A stretch of 64,000 bases of DNA from Octopus bimaculoides. Taxonomy: Eukaryota. A program made the position numbers and the translations under genes. Below are positions 50,731 to 64,000 of the stretch, piece by piece; the stretch's first letter is position 1; every line of letters begins with the position of its first letter. The stretch is taken from contig NC_068998.1 in the NCBI RefSeq assembly GCF_001194135.2, forward strand, positions 17,838,631 through 17,902,630, written 5' to 3'. Below the pieces are notes generated by a model. The model worked only from the letters and a program-made list of their open reading frames with translations. It ran no database searches and had not been told where the DNA came from.

Positions 50731-51748
50731 GTAGTGAGATGAAAATTTTGACACCTTAAGAAATAAATGAAAAGTGAATCTAACAGTTTTTGTTTATTTT
50801 TAGATGGCTAAAATGGATCTTCCATGTTGTAACTGCCATACTCTCTCTCTCATTCTTTATCTTTCTTTCTCCTCACACATACACACAAAATGTGCACACA
50901 CACGCACACACGTGCACAAATTGTGCATACACATAGACACACACTGTAAATGAATTTTAAAAGAGAATCTTTCTCATAAATACTGTAAGCTTGCATTTTG
51001 TATATTTAATGAAGAACAGTCTTTCACAGTGAAGAGTTTGGCACTACACTCTCTAGGTGGGTTACATGTTGTTTTCTAACTACTGAACATCATCTATTAT
51101 TCATATCAACACATTTTCACCATGTTCCCTTCCTCCCTTGGTACCCTCACAGTGAGCAATGGCAGTTTAGCCTTCAGTTTCTGTAACAGGAATAAGATTC
51201 AGCTAGACATAACAGGTGACTAATTGTTTTGTTTTATCATTGGAAATGTTGTGGCTGAATTGTTAAAGTTTGATATAATGGCAGTCGGCTTATGTGTTCC
51301 TACTCTGACAGCGTGTTTAAAGAATGCAATAACTTAGAGGTTATGAAGATAGGCAGGAATTGTGAAGTATTCTGCAGGTCATTTGTTGTAACCAGATTTG
51401 ATTTGGTGCCAACAAGAAAAATATCAAGACTCTAATCTTTTTGAGATGCCCAACCATGAGCTAATGAGGAGGCTTGTTTATGCAGTTGCTTGACCTACTA
51501 GAAATAGCATGCAAATCTTCTGCAAATCACAACCTACCATCTCCCCCCCCCCCCAAAAAAAAAATCAGCAGAAAGAAAGGTTGTGAAATATCTTATGATC
51601 TTATGTCTGAAAATATGAGTTGGTTACCACTGGAATGCATTTCATTGTATCATCTCTGCTGCTTCAGGGCTGGCTTGAAACTAAGCAACATGTCCTAATA
51701 CAGTCTAATACCACAATAGTACAGTCATTCAAAGCTGTTATTTCAAAG

Positions 51749-52100
51749 TTGGCTGTGTAGCATGGGAAGTTCACTTCCCAACCACATGGTTCTGGGTTCA
51801 GTCCCACTGTGTGATAGCCCCAATCTGATCAAAGCCTTGTGAGTGGATTTAGTTGATAGAAACTGAAAGAAGTCCATCATATGTGTTTGTGTGTGACTTT
51901 TTGTCCCACTCCATCACTTGATAACTAGTGTTGGTTTGTTTATATCTCTATAACCTAGTGGTTCAACGAAAGAGACTGATAAAGTAAATACCAGGGCTTT
52001 AACAAAATAAGTACTGGGGTTGATTTGTTCAACCAAACCCTTCAAGGTGATGCCCCAGCATGGCCACAGTCCAATGACTGAAATAAGTAAAAGATAGAAG
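51749..52100 (+). mobile_element. Same SINE family
   Basis: Head CCAACCACATGGTTCTGGGTTCAGTCCCACTG, tail CCAGCATGGCCACAGTCCAATGACTGAAATAAGTAAAAG. Confidence 0.8.
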
Positions 52101-53187
52101 ATGAAAAGAGGCATGTATTGAAGCTATTTTCATCACTCATCAAGAATACATCTAAAAAGAACCCTATTGGTGCAATCCATTTCTTTTAGGCTCTAGCAGC
52201 TATATATGGTGAGAAATTGTATTGAAGTTTATATGTGTTGTAAACAGAGCAACACATGTTGGTTATATTTTTTGCAAGTTGTGTGTATTCTCTTTTCTTA
52301 GATTTCTTAGTCAGGATAGCTTTTATCAGCAATATTACTAAGACCAGAGCTTCTACTGAAATTTTAGTGGTTATGTAGCTCATTTTGAAACTGTGTGGTC
52401 TCATGTTCAGCCCCACTGTATGGCACCTTGGACAAATGTCTTGAACTATAGCCTCGTGAGTGAATTTGGTTGATGGAAATTGTGTGGAAGCTTGTATATA
52501 TATATATATATATATATATATNNNNNNNNNNNNNNNNNNNNNNNNNNNNNNNNNNNNNNNNNNNNNNNNNNNNNNNNNNNNNNNNNNNNNNNNNNNNNNN
52601 NNNNNNNNNNNNNNNNNNNNNNNNNNNNNNNNNNNNNNNNNNNNNNNNNNNNNNNNNNNNNNNNNNNNNNNNNNNNNNNNNNNNNNNNNNNNNNNNNNNN
52701 NNNNNNNNNNNNNNNNNNNNNNNNNNNNNNNNNNNNNNNNNNNNNNNNNNNNNNNNNNNNNNNNNNNNNNNNNNNNNNNNNNNNNNNNNNNNNNNNNNNN
52801 NNNNNNNNNNNNNNNNNNNNNNNNNNNNNNNNNNNNNNNNNNNNNNNNNNNNNNNNNNNNNNNNNNNNNNNNNNNNNNNNNNNNNNNNNNNNNNNNNNNN
52901 NNNNNNNNNNNNGAACATGACAAGCTCTCAATAAACTTTGTGTTTTCAGAATGTGACTGAAGGAGACTAATATGATGAAAATGTGAAAAATACTAGTAAA
53001 AAATATTTCCTCCTATGACTTATTGATCTCCATGCTTTTTAACTCATGTAGTCCCCAGTGGCCTTGTCAAATCTGGTTTCTTTCGTTTTGAAATTTGTAA
53101 ATGATCTCTTTTTTTTTTGTTTTGTCATTTCCAATTTCATAACTCATTTCAAACAGCATTGTTCTTTACACTGTGCTTGTGTGTGTA

Positions 53188-53404
53188 TGAGGGGGTGCTG
53201 AAAAGTTCTTGGCTTTAAGGGTATCATGAAAGGCCTGGTTAGAAGCTCAGCCATCTTAGATTTTTTACAGGGCTTACAAATACTGAAGGACCTCTGAAGT
53301 AAGTGTGTGAATCTGAGAAGGGAATATGGTGAATAAAATCATAATTAACTGATCTTCCTGTACTTTCTTTTACCCAAAGCCAGGAACTTTACAGTACCCC
53401 CTTG
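53188..53404 (+). mobile_element. Mariner-derived MITE, copy 2
   Basis: TA-TGAGGGGGTGCTGAAAAGTTCTTGGCTT ... AAGCCAGGAACTTTACAGTACCCCCTTG-TA. Confidence 0.9.
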
Positions 53405-53406
53405 TA

Positions 53407-54748
53407 TCAGGTCATCCCATAAGTTCTGTCCGATTTTACCTTTTTTAAAATTGAATGAAATTTAATAGTATTTTAGAATGTCTAATGGAATTTAAAATTA
53501 TTTTTATTCATTTGTGTACATTTAAACTAATAAAATATTATTTTACAGAATAATAGAATTAAAATTTTTTTGATTGAAACCCTTTCTAACATGGAAGTAT
53601 GCAAAGAACATTTGAGGCATATAATGCTTTATGAGTACAAAAAAGGAAACTCTGCAGCCAAAGCAACTCGAAAAATACACTCAGTTTATGGGAAAGAATG
53701 CTTGAATAAAAGAACTTGCAGAAGATGGTTTGCAAAATTCAGAAGTGGAGATTTCAGCCTTGAAGATGAAGATCAAACAGGACGTCCAGTTGAGTTTGAT
53801 GATAATCTCTTTGAGGCATTACTTGAAGAAAATCCTGCATTATCAGTTGAAGAATTGGCAATGAAGCTTAGTTCAAACCATACAACTGTTCATTGTCATC
53901 TNNNNNNNNNNNNNNNNNNNNNNNNNNNNNNNNNNNNNNNNNNNNNNNNNNNNNNNNNNNNNNNNNNNNNNNNNNNNNNNNNNNNNNNNNNNNNNNNNNN
54001 NNNNNNNNNNNNNNNNNNNNNNNNNNNNNNNNNNNNNNNNNNNNNNNNNNNNNNNNNNNNNNNNNNNNNNNNNNNNNNNNNNNNNNNNNNNNNNNNNNNN
54101 NNNNNNNNNNNNNNNNNNNNNNNNNNNNNNNNNNNNNNNNNNNNNNNNNNNNNNNNNNNNNNNNNNNNNNNNNNNNNNNNNNNNNNNNNNNNNNNNNNNN
54201 NNNNNNNNNNNNNNNNNNNNNNNNNNNNNNNNNNNNNNNNNNNNNNNNNNNNNNNNNNNNNNNNNNNNNNNNNNNNNNNNNNNNNNNNNNNNNNNNNNNN
54301 NNAGCGTTTGAACCAAGCTTTGAAGAAAAAAAAAGACCGACTTTAGTGAATCGAAAAGGAGTGATGTTTCATCAGGACAATGCGCGACCCCACACTGCAA
54401 AGATCACATCACAGAAGATCGAAGAGCTTGGTCGGGAAAAAATTCCTCATCCACCTTATTCACCCGACCTTGCTCCTTTAGACTACCATTTGTTTCATAG
54501 TTTACAGAATCATTTGGGGGACATAACTTTCGCAAGCCAGGAAGAGGTCGAAACTGACATTTAAGAGTTCTTCGCTTTGAAACCAAAAGAGTTTATGATT
54601 GATGAGATTAAAAAGCTTGTAAAGAGATGGAAGGAAGTCATAGATAATCAGGGAAAGTACATTGATGATTAAATTTCAATTAAATATGACATTTGACCAC
54701 TTGTCTTCTCCATTCAAAATTCGGACAGAACTTATGGAATGACCTTGA
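53407..54748 (+). mobile_element. Near full-length mariner (D34D) transposon, inactivated, with an assembly gap inside
   Basis: ~29 bp TIRs TCAGGTCATCCCATAAGTTCTGTCCGATTTT / AAAATTCGGACAGAACTTATGGAATGACCTTGA with TA on both sides. Transposase from ATG 53591 (HLRHIMLYEY..TCRRWFAKFRSGDFSLED) to 54672, with HQDNARPH..YSPDLAPLD spacing D34D. Frameshift in the A-run near 54330 and stop at ~54563. Confidence 0.95.
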
Positions 54749-55172
54749 TATATGTGAGAGAAGAGAGGGAGCTTGCTTATATGAGAGTGTGCTTGTGCAT
54801 TAAACATGAATCGATCAGTGATCACTCAACTGTGTTATTCAGAGCACTGACACATTGGAAGAAATTAGATTAACTTAATTTTTACCACATGAATGTTGTT
54901 TGTCCGTAACTAAGTGTAGGGAAACATTATCTCTGGAATAATATTTCCTATCATCATCCCAAGCAGAGCATTTATATCTAATCAATGTTTAATGTCCTCA
55001 CCAAACACATTGGTCTGCAGTCTGTAACTTGCATAGGGTTTCCATCCATTTCTTTAAAATAAGTTTTCTGCAATTTGTGTGTGTGTCTGTGTGTGCGCAC
55101 GCGTGTGTGCGTGCGTGCATGCATAAGTATGTACATGTGTGTATATATCTTTGTATGTTTTGTGTGTATATA

Positions 55173-55995
55173 CAAGGTGTGGTGAATATGTTGTCTAAAT
55201 TACACAAAAATGAAAATAACACTGATATCTCATTTTAACAGATATATTTACCAAAATTACATAAAAATATCTTGAAATACTTAAGAGTAAATTTATTCAA
55301 TAAAATCGCCATTGGCTTCAAACACGGCCTCTAGATGACTTCGGAATATCTTGTAACTCTCCTGGATGGTCTCCTTGTTTAAGTTGGTGAATGCTGCCAT
55401 AATCCTTGCCTTCAGTTCATTTTTGGCATTTCAAGGAGTTTTGTTGGTCTCTCGCTCAACTGTGCAGGTGATGTGGTCGCAGAAATTGTCTGACAGCCAT
55501 GACTGGGTGCTCCTGCTTATGTAGCATGGTGCAGGGTCTTGTTGCCACACATAAGGTCTTCCAGCAGACACCCTCTTGACCCAGGGCAGCACTACCTCCT
55601 CCAGGCACTTAATGTAGGCCTCCGTGTTGAGCCTGAGGCCATGTGTGAAAATGAATGGAGGCATAAAGTTACCATCACTAGTGATCACTCGAAACACCAT
55701 GATGTTGACTGGGTGTTTGATTTTTATCACTCTCTGTACATGTTTTGGGGACACAGCAAGCCAACGGTTGTTCTGTGTGTTCACCATCTGTTTGTATTGG
55801 AGCTTCTGGTGCCAAGCAGTACAGCATGTTGTTTCCAAATTTGTGGCAGAGTGAATTGCGTCATGGTGCTGTTTTTCTCACAAACGGTGCCCAACTGGCC
55901 CTACAATACTGTGTAGTTGACAAAATCAAAAACAAATAATGTGCATATGCAAAATTAAAAATATAAAATGGTGACAATTTATCTATCACACCCTG
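55173..55995 (-). mobile_element. Internally deleted maT/DD37D-like Tc1/mariner element
   Basis: TIRs CAAGGTGTGGTGAATATGTTGTC / GACAATTTATCTATCACACCCTG with TA flanks. Peptides MTQFTLPQIWKQHAVLLG, QNNRWLA..KHPVNIMVF.VITSDG..PPFIF..YIKCLEEVVLPWVK..YVWQQD, LEAVFEANGDFIE*. The third catalytic Asp region is deleted, so the subfamily is inferred from flanking motifs. Confidence 0.85.
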
Positions 55996-56080
55996 TATAT
56001 ATATATATCTGTATGTGTATAATGTCTGTGTATATGTGTGTACATGTGTGTGTGTGTGTGCGCATATATATATATATATG

Positions 56081-56169
<89 letters not shown>

Positions 56170-56839
56170 TTTATATAATTGTATGGATTGCATGTGTCTA
56201 TGTATATACATTTGTGTAAAGATGTATTTATGTGTGTGTGTGTCTGTGTGTGCATGCACACACATACAGAAAAACACCACCATCTTCAATATGAAGGTTG
56301 TAAAGATCATGAGAGAGCTCATTATCAACATATGCGCGCACGCATTGATATAAGCAATCATGCATGGAGTTGAAATGCTATCAGTTTTCCTTGACTAATT
56401 TGGAGTCTGAGTAGTATTTAATTATTCACTTAATCATGTGATCAGATTGACTTACCAGTCCTGCCAATCCTCTTTGACCACCCTTTTTCAGGGACATCTG
56501 GGAGAGAACACAATACACAAGATAACAGGACAAACATGTCACTAGACATCTCTCTCATAGTTGGCTATAGGAAGTTAAGTGATTGCTTCAAGTTTTTCAT
56601 TTCATTCCACACATGCACAGCCTTCATATGAACCTACTTCTTTGTCTATAAAAGAAGCTGAACTTCTTTTCAGTAGAAGTAACAAGAAAAATTCTACTTT
56701 ATTTTTTTATTCCATTCCATTCCCTTGAAAATTTGGGAGACTTTCTGTACCTGTGTATAAACTAAGGAACAATTCCCTCATTTCTTCTCATTAAACTTAT
56801 TTTATTTTTATTCTCATTCTCTCTCTTTCTCACACACAC

Positions 56840-57025
56840 AGAGGAGCAGAAAAGTTCCTGGCTTTAAGGATATCACAAAAGGCCTGGTTGGAGGCCCAAC
56901 CCTCCAAGTCTTTTTACAGGGCTTAGAAAAACTGAAGGACCACTGCATTAAGTGTGTGAATTTGAGAGGGGAATATGTTGAGTAAAATCATAATTGATCC
57001 TCCTGGAACTTTTCAGCACCCCCTT
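56840..57025 (+). mobile_element. Mariner-derived MITE, copy 3 (small internal deletion)
   Basis: GAAAAGTTCCTGGCTTTAAGG ... GGAACTTTTCAGCACCCCC, same interior as copies 1 and 2. Confidence 0.85.
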
Positions 57026-58364
57026 CTGCACACACACATATGTGTGTGTTGATTCAAAAGTCCTTTTAATATTAATATAAACTTGTGAATAACCAAATTT
57101 AGTTGAGCTTCATAATGCACATCTCATCACTCCCATCTCTCCATACCTCCTTCATACCCTACTTCCTTATTACATTTATCTAAAGCCTCTGACCTTTGTA
57201 ACCCCTTTAACTGCCTTGGCTCCAGGATTTTAGGATAGCTGGTCTACTGCCATACTGTTTATACTGCCAGTCACCTCGGCCACCTCAGGCTGTTGAACTC
57301 TGCATGCCTGAACAATTGAGCAGGTGGATGGTTATTTTTAGGACAACAGTTGCACTCTTATCTTTTGATGACAGATTCAGAACTATCTCTCTCTCTCATT
57401 GTGTGTGTGCATGTGCTCACATACATACACCCCAACCAAAACATATTCAAAAGAATAGCATTGAAAATAATTCAAAAAATTGTAATAAAATTGAAATTCT
57501 GAGAAAGGCTATTGGATGGATGCTTCCTATAATTTTGAAGTCCTGCCTGATTACTCTGGGTCATACTGGGTCACACTTATTCTCTTTGAGAATTACATTA
57601 CTTTGTGCACTGATAGTTTATACTCTTGGATTTTTTTTTGCATATTATTTCTGCAATGGTCTTTTAGAATTTTGTATTCTTTCTTGCAAAAGACTTTTTT
57701 TTTGTACTTTTGCTTGATTTACTTTTAAACTAGTTTAGGTGCTGTTTCCATGTTTTGGACTTTACTTCCAATTCTCTAACTGATACAGTTCTAGGAATTA
57801 GCCATCAGTATGCAGGTGATCTCATGGACAGCCAATTTTGACCTTTGTTATGTATTGAACTATAATAAACTGAAGGTAGTCTTGATGGACATTTACCTGA
57901 CTTAATTCATTAATGAACTTGATGCTTACTCTTACCTTGCTAGCATCACCCTTATACATGGCTTATACCAAGTTTGCTTAGTTACCAAACTACTAAATAT
58001 GGATTTCTATTAAAGGCTGCTAGATCAAGCTTTTGCCTAAAAATGCTTGTAGTTGCTTCACTAAGAAGAGGGTATTGGTAGTTACCCCTTCTTGATACAA
58101 ACCTAAATTCATCTTATCCGAGTTCATTTTCTTCCTAATTAAGTGTGCTTATAACTCTGTAACTTTCCATAAGGCTATCAGTTTGATGTCTTTGTAGTTT
58201 TTCATTTGTAGAATATCTCCTTTACCTTTGTTACAGCTGATGAGGACACTGCTATGCTATTCATTTTGAGTGACATTTCCAGGTACTTTCTGATTGGCTG
58301 TGCAACTGTCTGGTTTTACTTCAGATATTCCAGTATCATAGCAACTATCCCTGATGATTGAGCT

Positions 58365-58690
58365 ACTTACCCTACTGTTATACTCTTAAAGTTCTTTTCA
58401 ACCATATTGCTGCCAACTCCAGTAGCTAGTCCTTCTGTTGGAACTACTTGGGGTAGCCCCACTCCTTTTCCATGTATTTCCTTTATCCAGCATTGTCCAT
58501 TGTAACATTTCTTCATTGTTGGCATGATTGAGGATGTGTGTATTGCTATCATTCACCAATAACATCCTAGTTCATTCATGCATGTTTGTTGTGTGTAAGA
58601 TGACTTGCCTCGTAGAGTCCCCCCACCTGGCTTGTCAGCTCCTGTTGAATTGTCTAACCCAAGCCAGTATGGAGAACACTTTAAATGGTG
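58365..58690 (-). mobile_element. RTE LINE fragment (linker before RT)
   Basis: ORF 58367-58552: GLPQVVPTEGLATGVGSNMVEKNFKSITVGK resembles the SLP.VDPTEGPAI...VEKAIK.MK.GK segment of RTE ORFs. Confidence 0.6.
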
Positions 58691-59809
58691 ATGATGATAT
58701 GCAGACTTTTCACCAATGGCATTTTCATTAAAACATACATATGTGAATTTATGTGTCAATACTCACACACATACATGTGTATGCATGTGAGTATGAGTAT
58801 GTTTGTATGTATATATATATATACATACATACATGTCTGTCTGTCCATATGTATTTGTGAGTGTATATATGTATCTGGATGCATGTGTGTACATGTTTGT
58901 ATAAATATATACCTACATGTATTTTATTTTTAATTTGCAAGTGAATATTTCAAGTGCAAGTTACCTTAAATGAAACTGGGTTAATATCCATCAATTAGAT
59001 AACAACTTCATGGTTATCTACTCCTTCTTTGCTTTGTCCTTAATTCTTTTCTAATCCTTTTTGATACTTCATGTTTACGATTTAATTTATTAAGTCACTG
59101 GTCTGTTCTTGCAGTAAACTAATTGACTTGTTTTGTTGTTTTGGTTCAGTAATCTTTGTATACAAACGTACAAACTGTAAATCTTGCTAATCTCTGCGTG
59201 TATGTATATGTGCCTCGTGTGTCTATTTATGTTTGTATGCATGTCCTTTTATTCCCACTGGTATACTTGTAAGTAAAAAATATATGGATAGATGTATACA
59301 TCTACAGCTGTAGTATACTGTCAATTTCTTATAAATATATCAAGGACATGACATAGCTGAAAAGTCTAGATGGAATGTAATGTAATGCAAAGACCTTAGC
59401 CACTCAGAAATTTATAAATGTCAGTGTGATAGATCTCTTGATAGCACATCTTATTAGCAATGATCTCTTTTAGGTTGAATGTATTTGTGAATTAGGTGTT
59501 GATGTTTCTCCTTCACAAGACCCGATGTGTGTCATACAATGACTTGAACTCTCTTACCTGAACTAAAGGAATACTGTCTTTTGACAATTTTTTCTTTTCT
59601 ATACATACACACACACACATATACATCATAAGAATTTTAAAACTTAGTGAGAATGTGAAACAAAGCTTTTTTTGGAACAGCGGATCTCAAGCAAAAAAAA
59701 AAAAGAAGAAAAAAACTAAATAACAGTATGTAAATATTAGGTTAAAAACCCCTTTGGGCAGGAAGAAGTCGAGGACTGCCTTTACACACAAACACACGCA
59801 CACACGCAC

Positions 59810-59843
<34 letters not shown>

Positions 59844-60887
59844 CATCATCATCATCATCATCATCATATTCTTCATGTTTAGGTTTTGTAAAAATTTTCC
59901 TGGTGGTTTATACTTTTGCTTGGTTTGGTGATGTAATATTTCAAATATTAATTGATCACATCAGGTATTATATTAAGCTATCCACCACCTAAACATACCA
60001 CAGCTGCTGCCACCACCATCGTCATCACCATCACCACTGAACAAGTATCAGTGAAATTTCATACCGATTGCATATATTGATCAATAGTAAATCCGTCTAT
60101 GCTACCTGGATTATTTATCTATTCTCAGCTGTTTCACTCTGAACATAAAGCTAGTGAACACACTGAAACTAGATTTAACAGTTGTCCAAAAAAAAAAAAG
60201 CAACAAAAAAAGAAAAAAAACAAACGTTAACACAGAAAAACAAAACCCCCAAAAAATTGAAGAAAAAGAAGAAAAAAAAAGTTTTTACATCTGACAGATG
60301 ACTACAAAGATCTTTTGCCAAGTTACTGTAAAAGTGTTGGTGCATTCCAAGAACATTTGCAGAATATACCCAGTTAATGGATATTTTGTCCCACTATTTT
60401 CTTCTCAATGAAGATATTTCTGGTTTTAGCAGAGATAATCTGGCAGCCCCATTGACATGGAAGCAAAAAGGTCTCATTCAATGCAACCATCTTATTCAGA
60501 TCCTAAGTTATATCTTGATTTACTGAAACCTGCTGAATTGTTCTTTTGGAATAGTTTTGCTAACATAAAAGATGTCATTTTGGATGAGGAGCAGTTTTAC
60601 GTAAATAGCTTTGTTTTCTTTTTTTCATTTCATTTTTTTTTTGTCCTGTTTTGAATACTTCTAAAAGCAGCATAAATATTAGTTTATTCATCCAAATTAA
60701 TTTCCTTGCTCAGTATTTGTAAGTTTTTTTTTTTTGTTTTAATCTTATATTTTTGTTCAGAGAAGGTGCCTCAGTTATATGAATTATATGTTCTTTTCCT
60801 GTTTGTAAACCAACTAAAGGGAATATAGCAGCTATCTTTCTGCTTTCTGATTCATCAAAACAGCACCTGAAATAGGCTAGCTTTCTA

Positions 60888-60982
60888 TAAAATTGTCTTA
60901 TGCTACTAAAATTGTCTTATGCTACTAAAATTGTCTTATGCTACTAAAATTGTCTTATGCTACTAAAATTGTCTTATGCTAC
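60888..60982. repeat. 19 bp minisatellite, 5 perfect copies
   Basis: (TAAAATTGTCTTATGCTAC)x5. Confidence 0.95.
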
Positions 60983-62429
60983 TATAAGTATAATGCTTCA
61001 GATCTTGTGTGAACTCTGTCCTTAAAAACCTTTCCATCAACCTAAATTAATTTGAACATTAGAAAAATTGACAAATGGATAAATGTTTAATTGCATCCTT
61101 AATTCATAAAAGTGACTATTAATCAATAGAAAATGCCAGATAAAATTTCAGTTTATTATGTAATCTGGTGTAAACATAGATTTCTTCTTTAGTGTAGCTG
61201 TGTTTGAACTATTTATTTGTGTGTGTGTGTGTATGTATGGGCATCCATTCTTCTGAAAAAGTCAAAGTTTTAGCCCACATTTTTCGGCTAAATTTCAGGA
61301 GTTTACAGTTACATGGATATTAGATTTTAGGAGCTGAAATTAAAGTACAACCCAAATATATCAGAAGTAAAGACTTAAACGATCTTGTAAATGAATAACA
61401 GTGAAGTCAGGGGCAAAATGAATGAACTAACAGTATTAGTACCAATAATTATCTGGTATACATTTATAAAAACACTTGTCAAACAAAGGAAATATGGCCA
61501 TATGAATATTGACTCTTGTTTTACTTGTATCCATCACATTTGGTTGATTAACTTCATCAAGATTAGTCACACTCATCATTGTACTGTATTTTGATAAATT
61601 AAGTAATTCAATGCAGTTTAAGAATACAGATGATTAAAACAGAAACAGTAAATATGTTGAATAGAAATGAATTAATTATAAACTTTATGCATGCAGAACT
61701 GAAATAGAAATTTATTATGGCTTTTAAACTAAAATTACATGGTAAATCTTAAGCCTTTTAAACGTGTAAGTTTATTAAAATCCTGCAAAAACTACACTAA
61801 TCATCTCCAGCACTGAATAAACTTTATAATCATTAAGATGAATGATGTCATTTTACAGTTCTTCGTCATCATTGCTATCCATAATTATAGTTTGAACATC
61901 ATCTTCATCATCATTATTCCACAGATATTTGTCGTCTTATATTACCATGTGGTACATTGAAAATTCTGCATTTCTTGAATGATTTGATAATAATGTTGGC
62001 TTAAATTTTCATGCATGAATTAATGATCCCTCCACAAATCAGAGGCAAGGATGGAGCCTGTATATTGCTTCATGTAGGATTTTCTCTCTCACCTTTGGCA
62101 TTTTTTTTTTCCAAGTAAAATTATAGTTTCATCTGCTTTTCTCATGTTTACATTTCCACAGAACTATTTTTTTTCCTTACTTCATTTCTCTGGCGTGCCA
62201 AATTAAGAGTTGTGTAATCTGTTCCTCAAGACATGTTTAATAAAGAATGGTAGGAAGAATTAATTTCCTTATGATAACATTTATATACAGGACAATCCAT
62301 AGCAAATGTTGATTGTTACCTTTAAAAAGATTAGGATTAACTTTTTTACACAAGATACAAGGGAAAAAACCTAGATACCCCTCCATTAAAAGAGTCAGGT
62401 TTTATTCAAGTAAATATTTCGTGTGTGTG

Positions 62430-62464
<35 letters not shown>

Positions 62465-62701
62465 AAGAGAGAGAGACAGAGACTGGACTTCATTCCCAGA
62501 CACTTTTTCAGCCTGAAAATGTTTGTAACATCTGCAGTAGGGTCTCTTTGTCCAAAGCCAGACTTGCTGGTTGTATGAAATCTTATGACAGCATTTTCTA
62601 ATTGAAAAGAATGGCCTCTTGTAACGAAGTGGTAATCACCATGTATGTATGTATGTATGTATGTATGTATGTATGTATGTATGTATGTATGNNNNNNNNN
62701 N

Positions 62702-62743
<42 letters not shown>

Positions 62744-64000
62744 GTTTATTTTGTCTCTGATTATTCAGACTAGAGCAGTAGTAATAATAAATTAGTGTGT
62801 TATGTATTTTTTAAACAATATTAATTACTAAAGTGTGGTTTCTGCCTGTATTGTTTTTGATCCTGTAAACAAAAACTTGGTTATGATTTATTTGCTTTAA
62901 TGTTGTTCTGATTAAAAAAAGCATTAATGCCTTTCTTTTAAAAAAGGCAAATTTGCCTTTTGCTGCTTTATTTCTGTTAGGATCAATGTCTCTATATTAA
63001 TCAATGATATGTTATTAGAGGGTATCTATATGATGCTATAATTAATTAATCAGTAAATGGAAATCCTCATTAAATAGCATCATTAATGTTGTTTGGTAAT
63101 GCATGAATACAAATCTTTTTTTTCCTTTTTCTTATTTAATTCCGTTTTCATGCTTGCTTAAGAAGTGGTTTTTATTAGCCTACAGATATTTAATCACAAA
63201 TTAATATTGTAATCTTGAAAAAAAAAAAGAGAAAAAAATTAATGATGATTATCATCAAGAAACTTTCTGAAGTTAAGGGATAGAAGTGAGGCCTAATTTT
63301 AGAATTTCAATAAAATTTACATTGAGCATTTTCTTTTAAAATTGGTTCTAATTTCAGCTATGCTTGTATTTTCAGCCCCCATTGTTTATGTAATTTGTGA
63401 AAATTTTTAGCTGTATTATCTATGGATTAATAATTTTAGTTGTGTATACATGTGCAGTTTTCTTGTGAATGTACCTCCCCACCAAACACACACACTCAAG
63501 GGGTGAGAAGTAAGAAAATTCTAACATTTAAAGCAGAATAAGAAAATGGCACTAAAGAGTAAATAAATAGTTAAAACTGCTTTCAGTATTTGATCTTTCA
63601 CATTGGCAAGTATGGTAGAATAGAGGTTATGCCCAGGGCATTGTCAGTAACCCAGCTTTGATAATTGTTTGAGGCCAGTTTGTTTCATTCACATTGTTAA
63701 TGCCTTTGGGAAAAGACTGAACACTACAACTAAATGTTTCTCTTCTATAAATATTTGGCTATGAGCCTATGTAAGAAATCAATATTTGTTTTTCTATGTT
63801 GGCCTTGGCTCATTTACAATTTTTTTTCCTGCTAGCTGTCTTTTTCTATTTTTGTATCTGTTTTACAATATCTGTTTAATTGAAAGTTTGCTTATTAGAA
63901 TTTGTCACCAAATATATCTAGTAAATTTTGGAAATGCATTACATTCTTATACAAAGATTATTTTATTGTAGATGTTTGTCTTTGTATTATTTATAAACTC

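Noticed and set aside
58237-58282. AG..GT-bounded 46 nt segment (DEDTAMLFILSDIS), also containing CTGATGA
   Set aside because: Not frame-compatible with the phase-0 PIP5K1 junction, no kinase similarity, lies in decayed repeat-like DNA, and has no hammerhead GAAA.
57800-58360. Possible decayed LINE RT (FINEL-like motif)
   Set aside because: A single weak motif; family cannot be supported.

Overview
AT-rich, microsatellite-dense eukaryotic DNA with many assembly gaps. The SINE and LINE families point to a cephalopod, most likely Octopus (inference). The window is mostly giant intron sequence of a + strand type I phosphatidylinositol-4-phosphate 5-kinase gene (PIP5K1). One exon is clear (47132-47254, ...REKKIGHRRVDESGVVTYKK). 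A phase-compatible upstream exon (35991-36031) and a candidate ATG exon (34477-34516) are less certain. I did not find the kinase-core exons, which presumably lie downstream. The introns hold remnants of RTE-clade LINEs (one family with a PHD-like finger inside the RT region, plus a BovB-like fragment), several tRNA-derived SINE families, and DNA transposons: mariner D34D, maT-like, Tc1, piggyBac, hAT Buster-like, a Tigger4-like end and two MITE families. The most striking unexplained signal is a type I hammerhead-ribozyme fold on the - strand at 48942-49039, with adjacent hairpins. Four more decayed hammerhead-like motifs suggest a Penelope-like or retrozyme-like family of ribozyme-bearing retroelements. 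A tRNA-like cloverleaf sits on top of a ~22 bp extra stem at 6571-6686. Family assignments come from recognised motifs and remembered consensus sequences, not database searches. Repeat boundaries are approximate unless TIRs or TSDs are quoted.
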